64,000 nt of DNA from Asterias rubens (lineage: Eukaryota): contig NC_047080.1 of assembly GCF_902459465.1 (NCBI RefSeq), positions 558,001 to 622,000 of the forward strand, read 5' to 3'. Position numbers and translations under genes: made by a program. The first letter of the stretch is position 1. Each line of letters starts with the position of its first letter. Under the pieces are notes generated by a model that was given only the letters and a program-made list of their open reading frames with translations, had not been told where the DNA came from and did no database searches. Positions 13,030 to 26,800 of the stretch are shown piece after piece.

Positions 13030-13345
13030 TGGAATCTTCAATTTAAAAGAGCAAGTAAAGTCCGGTAGGTACCCTAAATAAAACAATATTATTAAAGCCC
13101 CATCCACTAGAATGTCCCATTGTTTTGGAGCAAGGCTCGGTATTTTATTCACTCCCTCTACTAGGTACAGGCCTGTATGCTTTGTTTTTAAAAGGGCAAG
13201 GGCACCAAGACATTTTCTCCTTAGTAAAGGGCACCCTATGAGGAAATTGTAAATTTCTACTGAAGCATTTTAAGGGCACCAAGGCAATGACCGGGGGCAT
13301 AGAGTCAAGCGCCTTCGTTGCTTCCATAGAGCAGGCCTGAAGTTA
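12630..13345. repeat. Cluster of copies of an abundant dispersed repeat (AAGGGCACCAAGGC...GGGCACCCTATGAGGAAATTGTAAATTTCTAC)
   Basis: Three partial copies here. Further copies at about 7383-7510, 17470-17600 and 28155-28270. Class unknown. Confidence 0.7.
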
Positions 13346-14423
13346 CCTCAGAGTCGCACTGCTATGGTTCGTATCGAGTGGATTTCTTCTGTTAGTTCAG
13401 CTGGTATTGTGTGGAAACTCCTTGGCTTGTGAACTGTGGGGATTTTTGTGTGGCAAGAGTCAGTTGGACAGGAGGCTAGTGGACTTAGTTTCCACAGCCA
13501 CTGTGAGGTTTTGTGGCAAGAGTCAGTTGGACACTGTACCAATAGTGGTTTGTGTGCTGTGGACTTGTGGACTTAGTCTCCACGGTGTGGAATTTCGTGG
13601 TAAGAGTTAGTTGGGTTGGACAGTGCACCGATAGAAACAGGATTAAGATAAAGTGAGTTTAAAAAACACAAAATCACTTTCAAAGGCTTTTATTGTATAA
13701 TATTTGTTCATGATTTTAATAGTACATCAACACAAACTTAAAAACTAAAACAAACTTTACCTTGTTGAACTGCAAAAGTCTAGTGTTGTATTTCTACAAC
13801 CAGAATCCTGATAATATTCCGATACTAGGTTTTTTGATAGCTTATCACAAGAGTACAATAAATTGAAGAAACTGAAATGATCACAGGCAAACTTTGATTG
13901 CATTTATTCCTCCAAATTCAAATGCTTTGCCTAAAAATATACTTGATGAATAGTCTCTAAAAGTTTTTAACTTCACTACTTTCTGACGTTAGGATTTTAC
14001 AAATCCCTGAAAAATACGATATAAAATTTATTCATAGTATCTGTAAAACAGAGTTATTGATTATAAAAGTATCAATTTTTCCCCCTTTTTTTAGGCATCA
14101 AGGTTTTCCCAAAGTCATTTTTAAACATTTATTTAAATATTTAGATATATTTCACTTAACAAAAGCAAATCCACGAAGGAAAATTAAAGATTGTACAAAT
14201 TATTATGTTACATTTTTGATGTTTCAATTTTTATGATGACTGAGCTTCTATAGCGATAATCCATTTTGTTGTTCAGTCAGGTCAACCTGTATCTACTGTA
14301 TTTGTGGGAAAATTTTATATAATTTGATGTCAGGAAATTGTGTCTGACTTGAATTCCTGTGGGAGTGAAGATTTCACTTAAACTTGTCTTTCTAAATCTA
14401 ATCCCATAGTCTAATCCCGTAAT

Positions 14424-17400
14424 CTAATCCCATTCTGGATGGATGGTAAAGTGTCTTGGGATTGGTCGATGGGGGCGTGTAAACAGCGCAATGGTGTTTG
14501 AGACAGGTCCGTTGTGCTTGAACACAGGGAGGTGGTGCCAGGTCTGGAACTCGTCTTTGTGGCTCCGTGTGTAGGGTGTGAGGAGTTGGATTCGGCGTTC
14601 GTTGTGACTCGGCTGTTTGCAACCTTTGTTGAGTGTCACAGAGGCAACAGGTTTCCCCCTGAAATTAGAAAACGAGACGCAGGTTTAGTCAGATGTAGTC
14701 TTGAAAAGTCTTTTTACTGCCTGCACCATGTGTACATAAAAGTGTTTGTAGATATTCAAAAAACTCCCCTACACGTACAGGACTAAAATATTTGAAAAAC
14801 TGTTGTGCAGATTTGGACTGTGCAGTAAGTCTGCATAGGATTTTTCAGTGCTTACTTTTTGAGGGCATCCATGACGTCTTGCAGTTTGCTTCCATCACAA
14901 ATCTTGCAAGTACCCTGTCCTTTGCCGTCGGTGTGGAGCTGGTGACTTGAAATGATCTCTTTAGCTCCCATCAACTTGCTGCCAGCGAGGGAACCGAAAA
15001 ACTCAATGGCCACCTCGCGATCTTTAAAGAATAAGTATTAAAGAAAAAAAGATTTAGATCTTCTGGAAGTCAATTTGGAAATTAATTCTGAACACCTTTC
15101 ACAAATTGTACATGTGACATGGTATTTTGGCTGGTAACCTTTCATTCTGGTAAGCAAAAATATTTTTTACTGAGTAACTTTTATCTTGTTCACATACACA
15201 GCAGTAGAAAATAATGGTCTTACTTAATTTTTTTTGTTTTGTTTTTTTATACAAAATCTCATTTCAGATACAAAAAGTACCAGGGGCCGATTTCACAAAG
15301 CAATAAAATTCATCGCAAGACAAATTTTCAGTATCACCATAGAGATTTGTATTGTGACATCACACTTTACTTAGCAACTACGATTGATTTGAAGTTATGA
15401 TCAATTTGAGACCTTTGTGAAATCGGCCCCAGGCATGGAATGGCATGAAGACATTGACCTCATTTTCTCATGGTCTTGGCCTTCGTGCCCCGTCAAAATA
15501 TTCCGGGTTTTTTAAGATCGTCAAATAAAAATGTCCTTAATACAAAATTGAAATTGCCCTGCTCCCTTTAAAGATGTAATTTGAGGTCTGTTACCTCGCT
15601 CGTTAGCTGTGGACAGCCATTTCTCCACAGCCTTCTTGGAATCAGGTTGAAGCGCCCTGTTGAGGGTCCTGTCTATATCGGCAGCCTGCATGGCATTGTT
15701 GATAATCTTGGTCTGGCTCATACCGGCTGTCTTGAGCCAGTCCTGAGCGGCAGGCATGGCTCTGGGCTTCAAGTTACGAGACATCTAGAAAAGAAGCCAA
15801 ACAATTAGTTCATTATGCAGGGATGACATATTTCAGAGATTTTTTTTCTGAATTCAGCTTGAAGAAGACAGCCAGCCCTAATTTTTTCAAAACATTTTCC
15901 ATTCCTTCTTTTTGGTCTACTTTCCAAAGATTTAACCAAAAAAAGAGGTTGAACAATAAACCATATATTTTGTGTTGTGCCATCTTGTTTTCCAACGATT
16001 CAGCACAGAGACCATTTTTGTTACTATGGCTTAGGGGATCCAGCATAGGGAACATTGGTCTGTCCGAAGTCCTGCTCCGAAAAGGAGAATGTTTTCATCA
16101 TTACTGATGGAGCCCAAGCCTGACCCCAAGCCGAGGCCTGAGCACAAGCCATGGTTTCAAGAACAGCCTATGTAACCAAATGGAAGGTGAACAAGTCTGA
16201 TACCATTTTAGTATAATGAGAGTTTTGCAATCATTATTGCCATTTGAGAAGGGGAACAAGACTAAAAGAGAAAGAGGGTCTATGCAGTACCTGGGACTTG
16301 ATGTCAGTGCCACCTTGATGAGACTGTGAGAAAGGCATGGCAGGCAACTTTGGAGCTGTTTTAAAGAAACGAAACAAAGAACTCATTAGTGAACAATTCA
16401 GGAAGTGGATGGCAAAAATGTAAATTTACGGAATATTGTCTTATCAATTAAACTGTTACGGTATGTTATTATAAAGATTGTCATCATGATCATCTGGGTT
16501 TTTTTCTTGTTTAACTCACCTCCAGGAGTCGCCACCTTCCTGATTCCACCTATGGACGCTGCCTTCAGTTCCTCATCAATGATGTCCTTTTCCCTGGATT
16601 GTTTGAACATCCCGTACGGCGGCACGTGATGGGTGGTTGAGGTCCTATGGGACCTTCGAGATGGCAGGAGCTTGTGGTCCATCTCACGGAGTTTGCCCAC
16701 TTCCTTCAAGACATTGTTGCTGGGGCTGGCATCTGTAAGATATTTTGAATATGTGTTCATGATCCAACCTTTTGTTCTCATGTTTTGTTTACAAAATGAT
16801 CACCTCGAATAACAGATTGATCCTGTATGGGTTTTAAGGCATTGCATGGTGAGCATGCGATAACACCATCTGTAATGTCTACTTTCCTTTGGTTTTTCTC
16901 ATTATTTTTTGTTTTTGGCCAATGAGTAGATTTCGAAGTTGGAAGACTTGTTCCTGAAACTAACTGTCCTGTTTATTAAGGCCTACCTGGGGGAGGGGAG
17001 GGGTAGGAAATCAAGGGGAACTACTTATTTTGCTAAGTCAATAATCGGGACACCAAGGATTGGGGCAAAACCAAAAATACAATGTGTTACTTTTTAAGTA
17101 CAAAAGCCTATTCAAACATTTCTTGGCTAAATTCTGTACTAAGGTCTAAAAATATAAGTATGTTTTTGGATTTACACACATTTCCGATTGCCGTTAATGT
17201 CCTCGTAGAAGCGCTGCTTGCTGTCCAGTAGTAGCCGCTCTTTCTGCTGCTTATAAGAAGGCTCATCCACAATAAGACGAGTTGGAACCTTCCAGTTCAT
17301 GAACATCTGCAAGGAAAAAAGAAATACAGTTCTATTTGCATATATTTAACTTAACCAATCCCAGGGGTTTGAAGCGAGCAAGGCATGTTGGAAAAAAATG

Positions 17401-20400
17401 GCACCCTGAGAGACACCCTCTGGCAACGAGATTGACGAATGGATTATTCTAGGGTGTGTAGGCCTTCACTTTGCTTTTGAAGGAGCATGGCAGTTTCCCT
17501 CTGTTATAGTAGCACTTTATTGAGGAAAATGTAAGTTTGTAATGGAACTTTGCAAAGGGCATCACAGCAAAAGCATATGGCACCATGTCAATTGCAATGG
17601 GTTTTAATTGGAGGCCCTGGTCTGAGAAGAATACGAGACTGAGGAACTATGGTGGCAGCCGACACACCAAGTAAACATCCAACTATGGTGGCAGCCGACA
17701 CACCAAGTAAACATCCAACTATTTATGTAGTACTGAGCATGTACAGATTTCCAAGACAATAGATTTCCAAGTCTATAGATGGGATTACTTAGTCTGCTAC
17801 CACCTAGTGTCCCCAACAGTCGCCAAGCGCATCATACTTTAGAAAGGAGTTTACTCTTTACACAGGTGTGTGCATAAAGCTTCCATCAAAGTTCCATCAA
17901 CTGAACAGAATATCAGTAAATAAATCTTGTATTTAAAGAAGAGAGTAAGGTCAACAGATTTTAAGTTGTTTGTGGTGCTTCTAACAGTCTTATGTAATCC
18001 CCCAACCTCTCTGAGTAAACCTAACAAAGACTGGATAAGACTGGTTTATACATCCAGTACAAGGAATTTGCTTTTATTGGTCAACAAAGACGGCAAATCC
18101 ATTGGGAATGAGGTGGCCATGATGAAGCTGCTGTACTGCTGGCTATACAGAGAAAGTATAAACATAAGATTAATAATTATAAGAAAGTTTAAAAAACTTC
18201 TAGAAGTTCCAATCAGTATTTTGAGGCGCATGGTGAGTTATTAATGCAGTCCACTATCGTTCAGGACGATTGGACTTGCCAACTTACTTCTTTATAACAA
18301 TAATGCTATAAAAAGACACCCAAAAAATCCAGAAACGAAAAGCAGTTATTTGGATTCGGAACTTCATAATGTACTCTTTATAAGCAGAACCCACAGTGTT
18401 CTTGATGATGAGAGCCAACTGTGTTAGGTTCGAGGAGGAACGCAATGTGTATTTATCTACTTTGTTGTGTACCAATTATTGATCCACCGCCCAGTACTTA
18501 AGCAGCATACAGCATCAGAGTCCAGCATTCTCCAGAAGACGATCAGAGCATACTGATCGAAACGTCGAGTTAATCCAACGGTTCTTTTCAGAACCACCCC
18601 AACTCATTGAGATATTGTTATTACATGGTGTTACCGCAAACTGTTCTATATTGTACCAATTATTGTTAATTTATCAGACATACATGTCGATCTCCTCCAT
18701 TATCTATAAACTCAACGATTCAATTCATGTGCTTATCTTTCTATCGGAACTATTGTCAAAGTCAAGGAAAAATTCATTTGAAGATCTTAGAAACCAGCAA
18801 AATTTGTCTCATATTTCAGAACTAAGAATGATGCATGATTGTGCATAAAATAAGACCCTGATAAGAAGCTAATTGTGTTGTCTCCACCATCCGAAACTCG
18901 GCCGCTGAAAATAAAATTATGCAATTTTTGTTTTAACCCTCACAATGTGGCTGCTGTGCAGGTGACCGCACCACAACCAGTGCTTTCCGATAAGTTTCAG
19001 TACATTTAAACAACATTCTTTAAAATGTAACAATTAAAACTCAATTCTTGTTGAAGTTTTGTGAACTTTTTAAACATCACATTATTATAAGAGCAATCTG
19101 TCCTGTAAGCTAAAGTAGTCCCAGCCAATTTTTCTATACTAACTCCCGCCTAGGTAGTGGTAAAAAGCAGGACAGTTATTTTCAGAACTGAGAAGTCTCC
19201 CGAAACAATCCGATAAATCTACTCCGCGGTAGTAGAAGATAATTCAATAAACAAATTCGGACTACTGAAATTAATGAACTAGTTATAAACGACATTTGGC
19301 ACCTCGTTAAGTGCACAATTACAGTTTAATTTCTATAGGTTTCTCCTAAAGGCGTGGAACATGTTATAACTTCGTCAAGAAACACACTAATTACATTGCC
19401 CGACATACAACAAATAATATTGTGTCCATATTTCAGATAATTCTCCCGATAAAAGAACTTATAACTTCTTCAAAGAAACACACTTATTACATTGCCTGGC
19501 ATACAACAAATGGTATTGTGTCCATATTTCAGATAATTTTTCAGTTTAAAGAACTTATAACTTCGTCAAAGACCACTAATTACATTGCCTGGCATACAAC
19601 AAATGATATTGTGTCCATATTTCGGATAATTTTTCCCGATAAAAGAGGGAAAACCTCAACAGAAATTATAGGACCCGGTTACTCCACTCCTTTTGATGTC
19701 ATTTAACAGGGACAGTGGTCTCCGAATCAAATTATGACCACGGAGGGGGAGGTAGAAATTCTATATTTCTACCTCCATGATATGACAAAGTTCAATCTGA
19801 TTAAAACTTGGCCAGTTACAATAATGTAATTTGCAATCATGATTCGGCCCTTTGAAGAAAAAGTAGAGCAAGGGCTGGCCTACAATATGTACATTTTGAT
19901 CGGGTGTTATATCTTTCCCATGCGATGAAAAAAACATTGCTGACTGTTCTGATTGTGTTTTTGCTCTCAGAATAAAAAAATAAATTAAAACAATCTGAAA
20001 TAAGACTATTAAAGTTGGAGGAATAACCCCCCATTTTTCTCTAATTTTGCTCAATGATTGTGTCCAAATAAAATTGTCGTAACATAAACGCATAAAAGGA
20101 GTTCGCGGAATGCGAACACAATCCTTATTGTCGAGTGACACTGTTTTTTTTTATAAACGGGCCTATCTTGGACCAGCAGAGTTACGGAGTAAAGCAAGAA
20201 GTGGTAATAATATATCCATTTATAAATAAATTAAAGTACCTACCGCATCGGCCGTCACTGCCATAATTGGTCTTCAGTCAAAAAGATGTCTTCAAAAGAT
20301 AAAATTGCCCAAAATGTTCTCTACATTCTGAGCATAAAGTTAAAGTTTTCTCCACTCCCATGTGTTGAATGTTGACAAGATTTTGTAAACTACAACTCTG

Positions 20401-23247
20401 TACAATTGAATAGGAACACAATGCATCAGACACGTTATAGGGTGTATGCAGGGGTGCATAGTGGGTCCCCGTTGCTAAGGGTACGGCGTGCTGATGGCCC
20501 CCACAGGGTCGTGTGAAGGGCATAATTGGAGCGGGTCACCCACCGCAGTTAATACAGGTACCTAATTGACAGAAAGTTCGATCGCGGGCGATTCCTGGTT
20601 TTGTATGAGTGACACTCCAACCACAATGGAATTGTCAACAGAGCGACAAAAGCAATCCGGCTGAGCTTGTTCAACATGGGATCGAGTAAATCCGCTTCAG
20701 TTTTGATTGGCAATGTGATTAATCCGGTATAAACAATCATGTTGCATATGCGCATAATTTATGCTCTATCAAGATTAGTAAAATAAAATGTGGTTTAATT
20801 GATAAAATAAAATGGTGATAGAACTTTATAATACTTTGTTAATCTCTGTAATGTACTTTTGCCCCCATTGTTTTGTTCTTTTTCCATCGCCTTTGTTTAG
20901 AGTACCGTCTGGGCAATTAATTTGTGTTATTGTTACTCACAGATCAAGCTCTGGCAAATTTACAGTATAGCCCGTGATATTTCAAATCGATTTCGTTTCA
21001 AACTTGTTTAACCAAGCCGCCCCAAGTTTTATAGATCTAATGAACCAAGATCAAATTAATGTGTTAACGTCAGTACTTTTCGATGGCTTCCACATGCTTA
21101 AACAAACACATTTTAAATGGTGTTTGAAGCTTTGCAAGGTGTGATAATAAGAGTAACTATAAATATAAATTATTACTAATAAACTTGCGGATACAGTACA
21201 ACCATGGGTACAAAATCTCATTTCAAGGAGTGGAGACAAGCAGAGTATACTGTTCGAAACGTCGAGACCAAACCGGCTCTTTTCAGAGCCACCACTCCTT
21301 CAAAAGAGATTTTTCCCATGGTTGTACCCGCAAGTTGACTATTCATATTTATATTTATAGCTACTCTTAAACACATTTTACTTTGGAATGAAATGACGGT
21401 ATTGGCCAGAAGCGTATGTTTGTTATCTACTCCTTTTTCGCTAGTGTTATGTTATGTGTTTTTTTTTAATAAAAACTTAATTTCGAATTGCCTTTATTTC
21501 TGTTTATCCACCCAGACACCCATACTTTCTGGGGGGGGGGGGGTAAGTAAACATTGACAATTATGTTTTTAAACAATAACATCTGTCCAAAAAAAATTCA
21601 AATAAAAAAACAATTATTATTCAATTCTGATTTGTTTTTATTTTATTTTTTTGATTGAAAAACTAATTTCTTCCGGCGAAAGCTGTGAGATAAATTTTAG
21701 CTATTGAATTCAACATCTAGCCCAATACCCCAATTGTTGTGATTTTTATTTCTTTAGTTTCGTATAATAATGTGTCACTGTTGCACACACCTTTGCTTCG
21801 TCATCAATCCCGACGTATAAACTAATTCAAAGTCTATGTGTTATTATTTTGGGTAATTTTATAATGCAAGGGGAAAAAGGCGTTTACATTCAGTCTCTAA
21901 ACTTATGAAACGCGACATACGTACATTCATCGCAATCAAGCAACCGTTTATCAAAGTAAATTTTCCAATTACCCGTAAAAATGGTAACACCGATGCATAA
22001 GCCAATAATTGGGTATGGGTGTATGTAGATCGTGTATAGATCTATTAAAAAAAAAAAAAAAAATCATCAACGGCACTTAAAAATTGGGGTGTCGTAACAC
22101 AAGATAGTCACCCATTTATTTTTGTTTAATTGAATAATTTACCCGTAACGCACGGCAAGAGTTCAAAATGCCATATATCATGTTTTATACATGTGTAGTT
22201 CGATATCTCCACTTGTAACGCAGACACAATGTTCTTTTCAATTTACATGCCAGTTTCAAAGGCGGTACCACCACCGCGTGGTCAGACGGTAATAGATCAT
22301 CACAATTAATATTTATAAGTTTATTATGCGGTGTTTTTATGTGAAGAGAACTTGCAGTGTGAGCCCAGAACAAGTTTACACAAGAAGACGCTTACTGGTT
22401 CGCCGTAAGCAAATAGTGAAGATAAACATAGCGTCCATTTCATTTCACGGGCTGTAACTCACAGGTCTATATCTATACAAATCTTTATGGTGTGGCATTT
22501 AAATAAGACCACATAATGAGAAGGGAAAAAAGTAGACTATAAATTCGTTTAGCCTTGGCGATACTATAGCGTGGTCGACACCATGGCAGCCAGCAGGAAA
22601 CAAACAATATAGTATTATAAATTTCAGCCATTTTGTAAAGTCACATATTTGAGAACTTTGCATCCATGAAACTTTATATAATAATTCATATTTATTTAAC
22701 TGAACTTCCTTGTTTCAAGTAAAAGGGAAGCCGCCATTTTCCTTAAATGACATGAGCTTGGAAGATCACACATGCTTCGTACAACCCTTATGTTTTTGTT
22801 TTGTTAAAATGCCTCAAATGGTAATTTTAAGATATATTTTTTGTCTTGGTCTTTTTCAATCTGCAGTTTCTCCAATCTGCCCCACTTTATGTGATGTTAT
22901 GAGGTGATAATGATCTTTAAAAAAGTGCACGGTGTTGTATTCTAATAAAAAGTGCCAGTTTTAAGGGATAAATTTAATTTGCAAAACTTGAAGCATCTTA
23001 CATGAGATGGATGTGGGTTGTTTCTACGGGTAACGGAGCAAGGTCTAGGCTCAGATGGCTTGACAGTCTTCGGTGCGTAGTCCATTTCGTAGAGACTGGC
23101 CAACCGCTCGGTGGATACCAAACTCTTTGGCGCTTTACCCGGCTGGAACATCACCGACCCACTGCTCTCATGCTGTTCGCGAATCATCTTAGCCAGCAAA
23201 GTTGCCTCCAAAGGCGATGACTTGTCGTTGCTGCCGTTTTCAGCCAT
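14424..23247 (-). CDS. Uncharacterised protein, 413 aa, 7 exons; candidate cilia-related gene
   Basis: Exons 23247-23002, 17306-17180, 16732-16520, 16355-16291, 15784-15595, 15021-14856, 14658-14424 join in frame (1242 nt). Motifs include SLYEMDY, TRRNNPHP, WLxxA twice 40 aa apart, and C-terminal QTWHHLP...RPIPRHFTIHPEWD. The exon-2 donor (GTGTGT) is weak. Confidence 0.82.
15284..15429. mobile_element. PIF/Harbinger-type MITE with 3-bp TSD (CAG)
   Basis: TIR GGGCCGATTTCACAAAG / CTTTGTGAAATCGGCCC flanked by CAG on both sides. Similar GGCCC-terminated MITEs at about 30530-30670, 31027-31221 and 31382-31561, and a truncated one at 41542-41714. Confidence 0.7.
18530..18620 (+). mobile_element. 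Penelope-like element terminal fragment with a degenerate minimal type-I hammerhead motif
   Basis: ctc-CAGAAGA-c-GATCAG-agcata-CTGATC-GAAAC-GTC-gag. Related copies at about 21229-21300 (+) and 44360-44424 (-). Confidence 0.6.
19364..19646. repeat. Degenerate tandem repeat, about 97 bp x3
   Basis: The block ttataacttc...cattgcctggcatacaacaaat...tgtgtccatatttcagataat recurs three times. Confidence 0.8.
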
Positions 23248-23867
23248 TTTTTCAAGGTTTTTTTATTACCTTTGAGACTAAAAATAAGGTTGTTTTTGCA
23301 GCTGACAAGTTCTTTGCGCAACCCTTTCCTCAAGCTCTCACAAAGTTAACTTTTGTTGGCATGTTCGGCACCGCGTAACAATTGCATCTAATTTGCATAA
23401 AATAATATCCATACCGCCCTCTCGTGACGCCTATAATTAGGACTTTGTTGTGTACTCGTTTTCAAAGTGATTGAACTCGGCAATCATTCGTGCGTACAAA
23501 GGTGAACCTGTGAACGAGGTTGTGTTGTGCCTTTTATTTCCCCAAAATAGCAACAAATAGTTAAAATGTTTGACCAAATATTTAAGATTTTGCAGATATA
23601 TGGAAAAAGGATTCCTTAGTAAAGGTTATTTGAAGGAAATACTTCATTACGTTACTTTAATAACAAATTATAACGAGTCCGACAACTTGAAATGTATAGC
23701 AGTTGCTATGGCTCGATGTAAACGTAAACAAACAGTATGACAAGTTATGATTGTGCGCACAAGGTTGTACACCAGCGATAGCGAAACATTTTGGCCGTGA
23801 AGGTGGAGTCGTGAAAGCAGAGAATTACATCCAAAAATTGGATTCTGAGGAATCTTCAACAGTCAAA
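23248..23867. promoter_or_regulatory. Bidirectional promoter region with RFX half-sites and a forkhead motif
   Basis: Divergent ATGs are 620 bp apart. GTTGCTATGG at 23702, TAGCAAC at about 23548, GTAAACAAACA at 23724-23734. Confidence 0.55.
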
Positions 23868-26800
23868 ATGCCAGTTACTGGCAAAAGTCAGAGCAATGCT
23901 CCAATAACGGACCAGATTTCCGAGCTACAACGTAAAATAGCTCTGATAGGTGAGTAGGAATTCGTTGAGTTGACGTTCTGTTGTTTAACTTTAATTAATG
24001 TTTGTGTGTGACTGTGATGAACATGAAAACTTGATTGATTGGGAGTTTTGACACTCGAGAAGTGTGTGGGGTAAATTCTCATCAACTCAAAAGATTGACC
24101 AAGTCTTTTTTGTAACTAAGCCTTAGAAACAAACGACTCTAAACTATGTCATTTAGTCATTATTTGTATTGTAATGTAAGGGAAAGGTCACCACTTTTTC
24201 ATTCGTTATGAAATAATATTAATAAAGTAGGACGGTAGGATCTAAATTCTAACTAACTCGGCAGAAAATCAACTAGAATAATGGGGTATGAGATTGTTCC
24301 TTTTTTTAAGTTTTTGTAACAATCAAAATAAGTGTTGAAGTAAAAAGTGGTGGCGGCATAAGGAAAGTCAGTATTGATAACAATTACTTTAAACGTTTCC
24401 TTTTCTGCAAGCTGGCTCAGTCACTGTCCAGCTGTCCGTCAGTGGCTGCTCCCATGCCCCTTTTTGCTTTAAAAAAATTACCTTTTTTAATAAAATTCAA
24501 GTCCACTGCCTCCAACATACTGGCTTTGATGTCATCAAATAACAACATTCTCACCGTCACCTGTCACAACCATTTATCATATGGACAAATAAAGTTAAGT
24601 TCGCACAATCAAATATAACTAGCTGTTAATAAATGTTATTAAGGTGATCCGTCATTGGAAAAAGGTTTGCATTTGGCCAAAGTTAAAAGTTTAAAATACA
24701 TTTAAACAAAATTGGTAGTCAGTTAAATTTGTAAACCGAGCTTTGGGTCTCAATTGGGTCAGTTGGTGATTCAGTGTAGATTAGTGAGAACAAGAATTAA
24801 ATATTTGGCTAAAATTTAAAATCATTTGTCTTACAAGTTTTGGATTAAAAAAATAACAGTGTTCATTGCTAAAATTATTTTTTTTCTTTCCGGTAAACAG
24901 ATGGCGATCGTAAAGCTTATTATGAGAGCTCACAGTGGACCATCAAACAGAATCGAGATGCCATCAGCAAACTCCGTAAGGAGACCAAGATGCTTCATCG
25001 GGATCTTGCCGATAGCAAGGCCGGAGATGAAAAAGTCATCAACACTGCCTTCAAGGACCGCAATGTGGAAAGGGCCTCACTAAGGGGCAAGTCTGGAAAG
25101 GTAATTTTAGTTTTGTTTATGCAAGTCGCCAGAAACACAAGGCCTGATGAAGGCCACTTCAAGGTGTGGACTTACACCTTCTCCTGGCCTAGGCTGAAAC
25201 AGGGTTATCCCCTTTACAGTCCATATGCTTCGGTATCATCCATTAGAAGCTTGGCTGGTAGAGCAGAAAGCACCACCTCCCCAAAATTTATGAAGCAGTC
25301 ATGGTTAAGTGTCTTGCTCAAGTACACAAGTGTCACGACCGGGCCTCGGGCCTACACTCTGCTGGTCAAACACAAGAGCTTGAATCTGGTGCTCTTAACT
25401 ATAAGCAATGACACGCCACAAAATGATTAAATACTCTATTCAAATCATTGTAACCGAAGTGAGGCTGGGAAGACAAAATATTCTTTATCCCCGATGCACC
25501 TTACACATCTATTAAACATTTTATACTTGTGTTCTCTATCACAGGAAGCTATATTACACATGGACCAGAAGGTATGTGAGTCCAAGAAACGTTTGAATGC
25601 TGAGAACGCTCAGACCATTAAGATGGAGAAGAAGCTGGCAGAACTTGAGACGCAGTTGTCTCAGATGAGGAAAGATGCTTCAGATGCAGATGCTATGGAC
25701 ACGGGAACCTCCAATGAGGCTATGGTAAGCCAAATATCATTTAAACAAATTTGTTTTACAAAAATAACCTGTAAAAATTTAATTTAAAAAGAACAATCCC
25801 TAACAGGATTAACATGCAAGTGCGCTACCAACTGACCCTTTAACCCTAATGCAAATAGTAAGGCATTCTTGGAACCATTTGGCTCTGTGAGATTGAACAC
25901 CACAGAGAATGAGGTTGTTGAGTGCAATGACATTACGCAGTTCTTGGGAGGTAACCATTTTCTACTAATCAAGACTTTTTTTTCGTATTTGCTTAAATTT
26001 TGATTTTCCATAGTAACAGAAGAGTATTTGATTTGTCTTCTGCAGACCTTGCGTTCTTTAGAAAACCGTCTGGACAAAGCTCTCTTGAAACTCCACGAGG
26101 CCGAGCACATCAACGGTACGTACCTCGCTATCAGGGAGCAGATGATCAAAGACAGTTTGACCTTTGGTAATGACTTAGACTCCCTGGAGACAGAAATCGA
26201 TAAACAGAAGTCGGAGTTGAAAGATCTGCAGGCCATGAACCGGGATGCTCAGATCTCAAGAGATGCTGCCAAGGTTAGTTAAAAACCAGTGTGCCAAGGA
26301 TCTCAAAGTTCATGAAGTAAAGAGAGAAAAAATAAGTTTTTTTTACCCTAGGGTCTTAATTTCTCTGGAAAGTTGAAAATTTAATGTCATTTCAAACATA
26401 CTTGTGGGAGTTAACTCTGTAATGGGCGACACCAAGGGTGCGTTTTGGTGGTCGTAACCAATAACTGTTTCAGTGACCGAAACAGTTATTAATGGTTACA
26501 GCCCTCAAAACGCACCCCGAGCACTGACCCCGAGTGATAATTGGTTGGGATCCACTTATTACTTCATATATATTCTTATAACGTTTGTTGACTGATGTTC
26601 TTAAATGTAATCTGCTCTATTTCTTGTTTTTTTTGTCCAGGCTGAACTGTCAAAGCATGAGGAGACGGTTTATCGTGAGAGGAGAGAGCGAGAAGAAGCT
26701 CTGGCTGATCTTAGGAAACAAGCCGAGGAAAAGAAAGCACATGCCGAAAGGGTAGAGAGAAGAGTAAGTTGATTTCTTAGTATTTCTCATCATCGCCATC

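Noticed and set aside
20562-20755. Signal-peptide-like ORF nested in the long intron (MLNKLSRIAFVALLTIPLWLECHS...)
   Set aside because: No phase-compatible downstream exon with a credible open frame; likely chance.
22381-22415. Fourth hammerhead-like motif (GAAGA-C-GCTTAC...GTAAGC-AAAT)
   Set aside because: Both core segments deviate (no CUGA, no GAAAC), so it cannot be distinguished from a chance hairpin.
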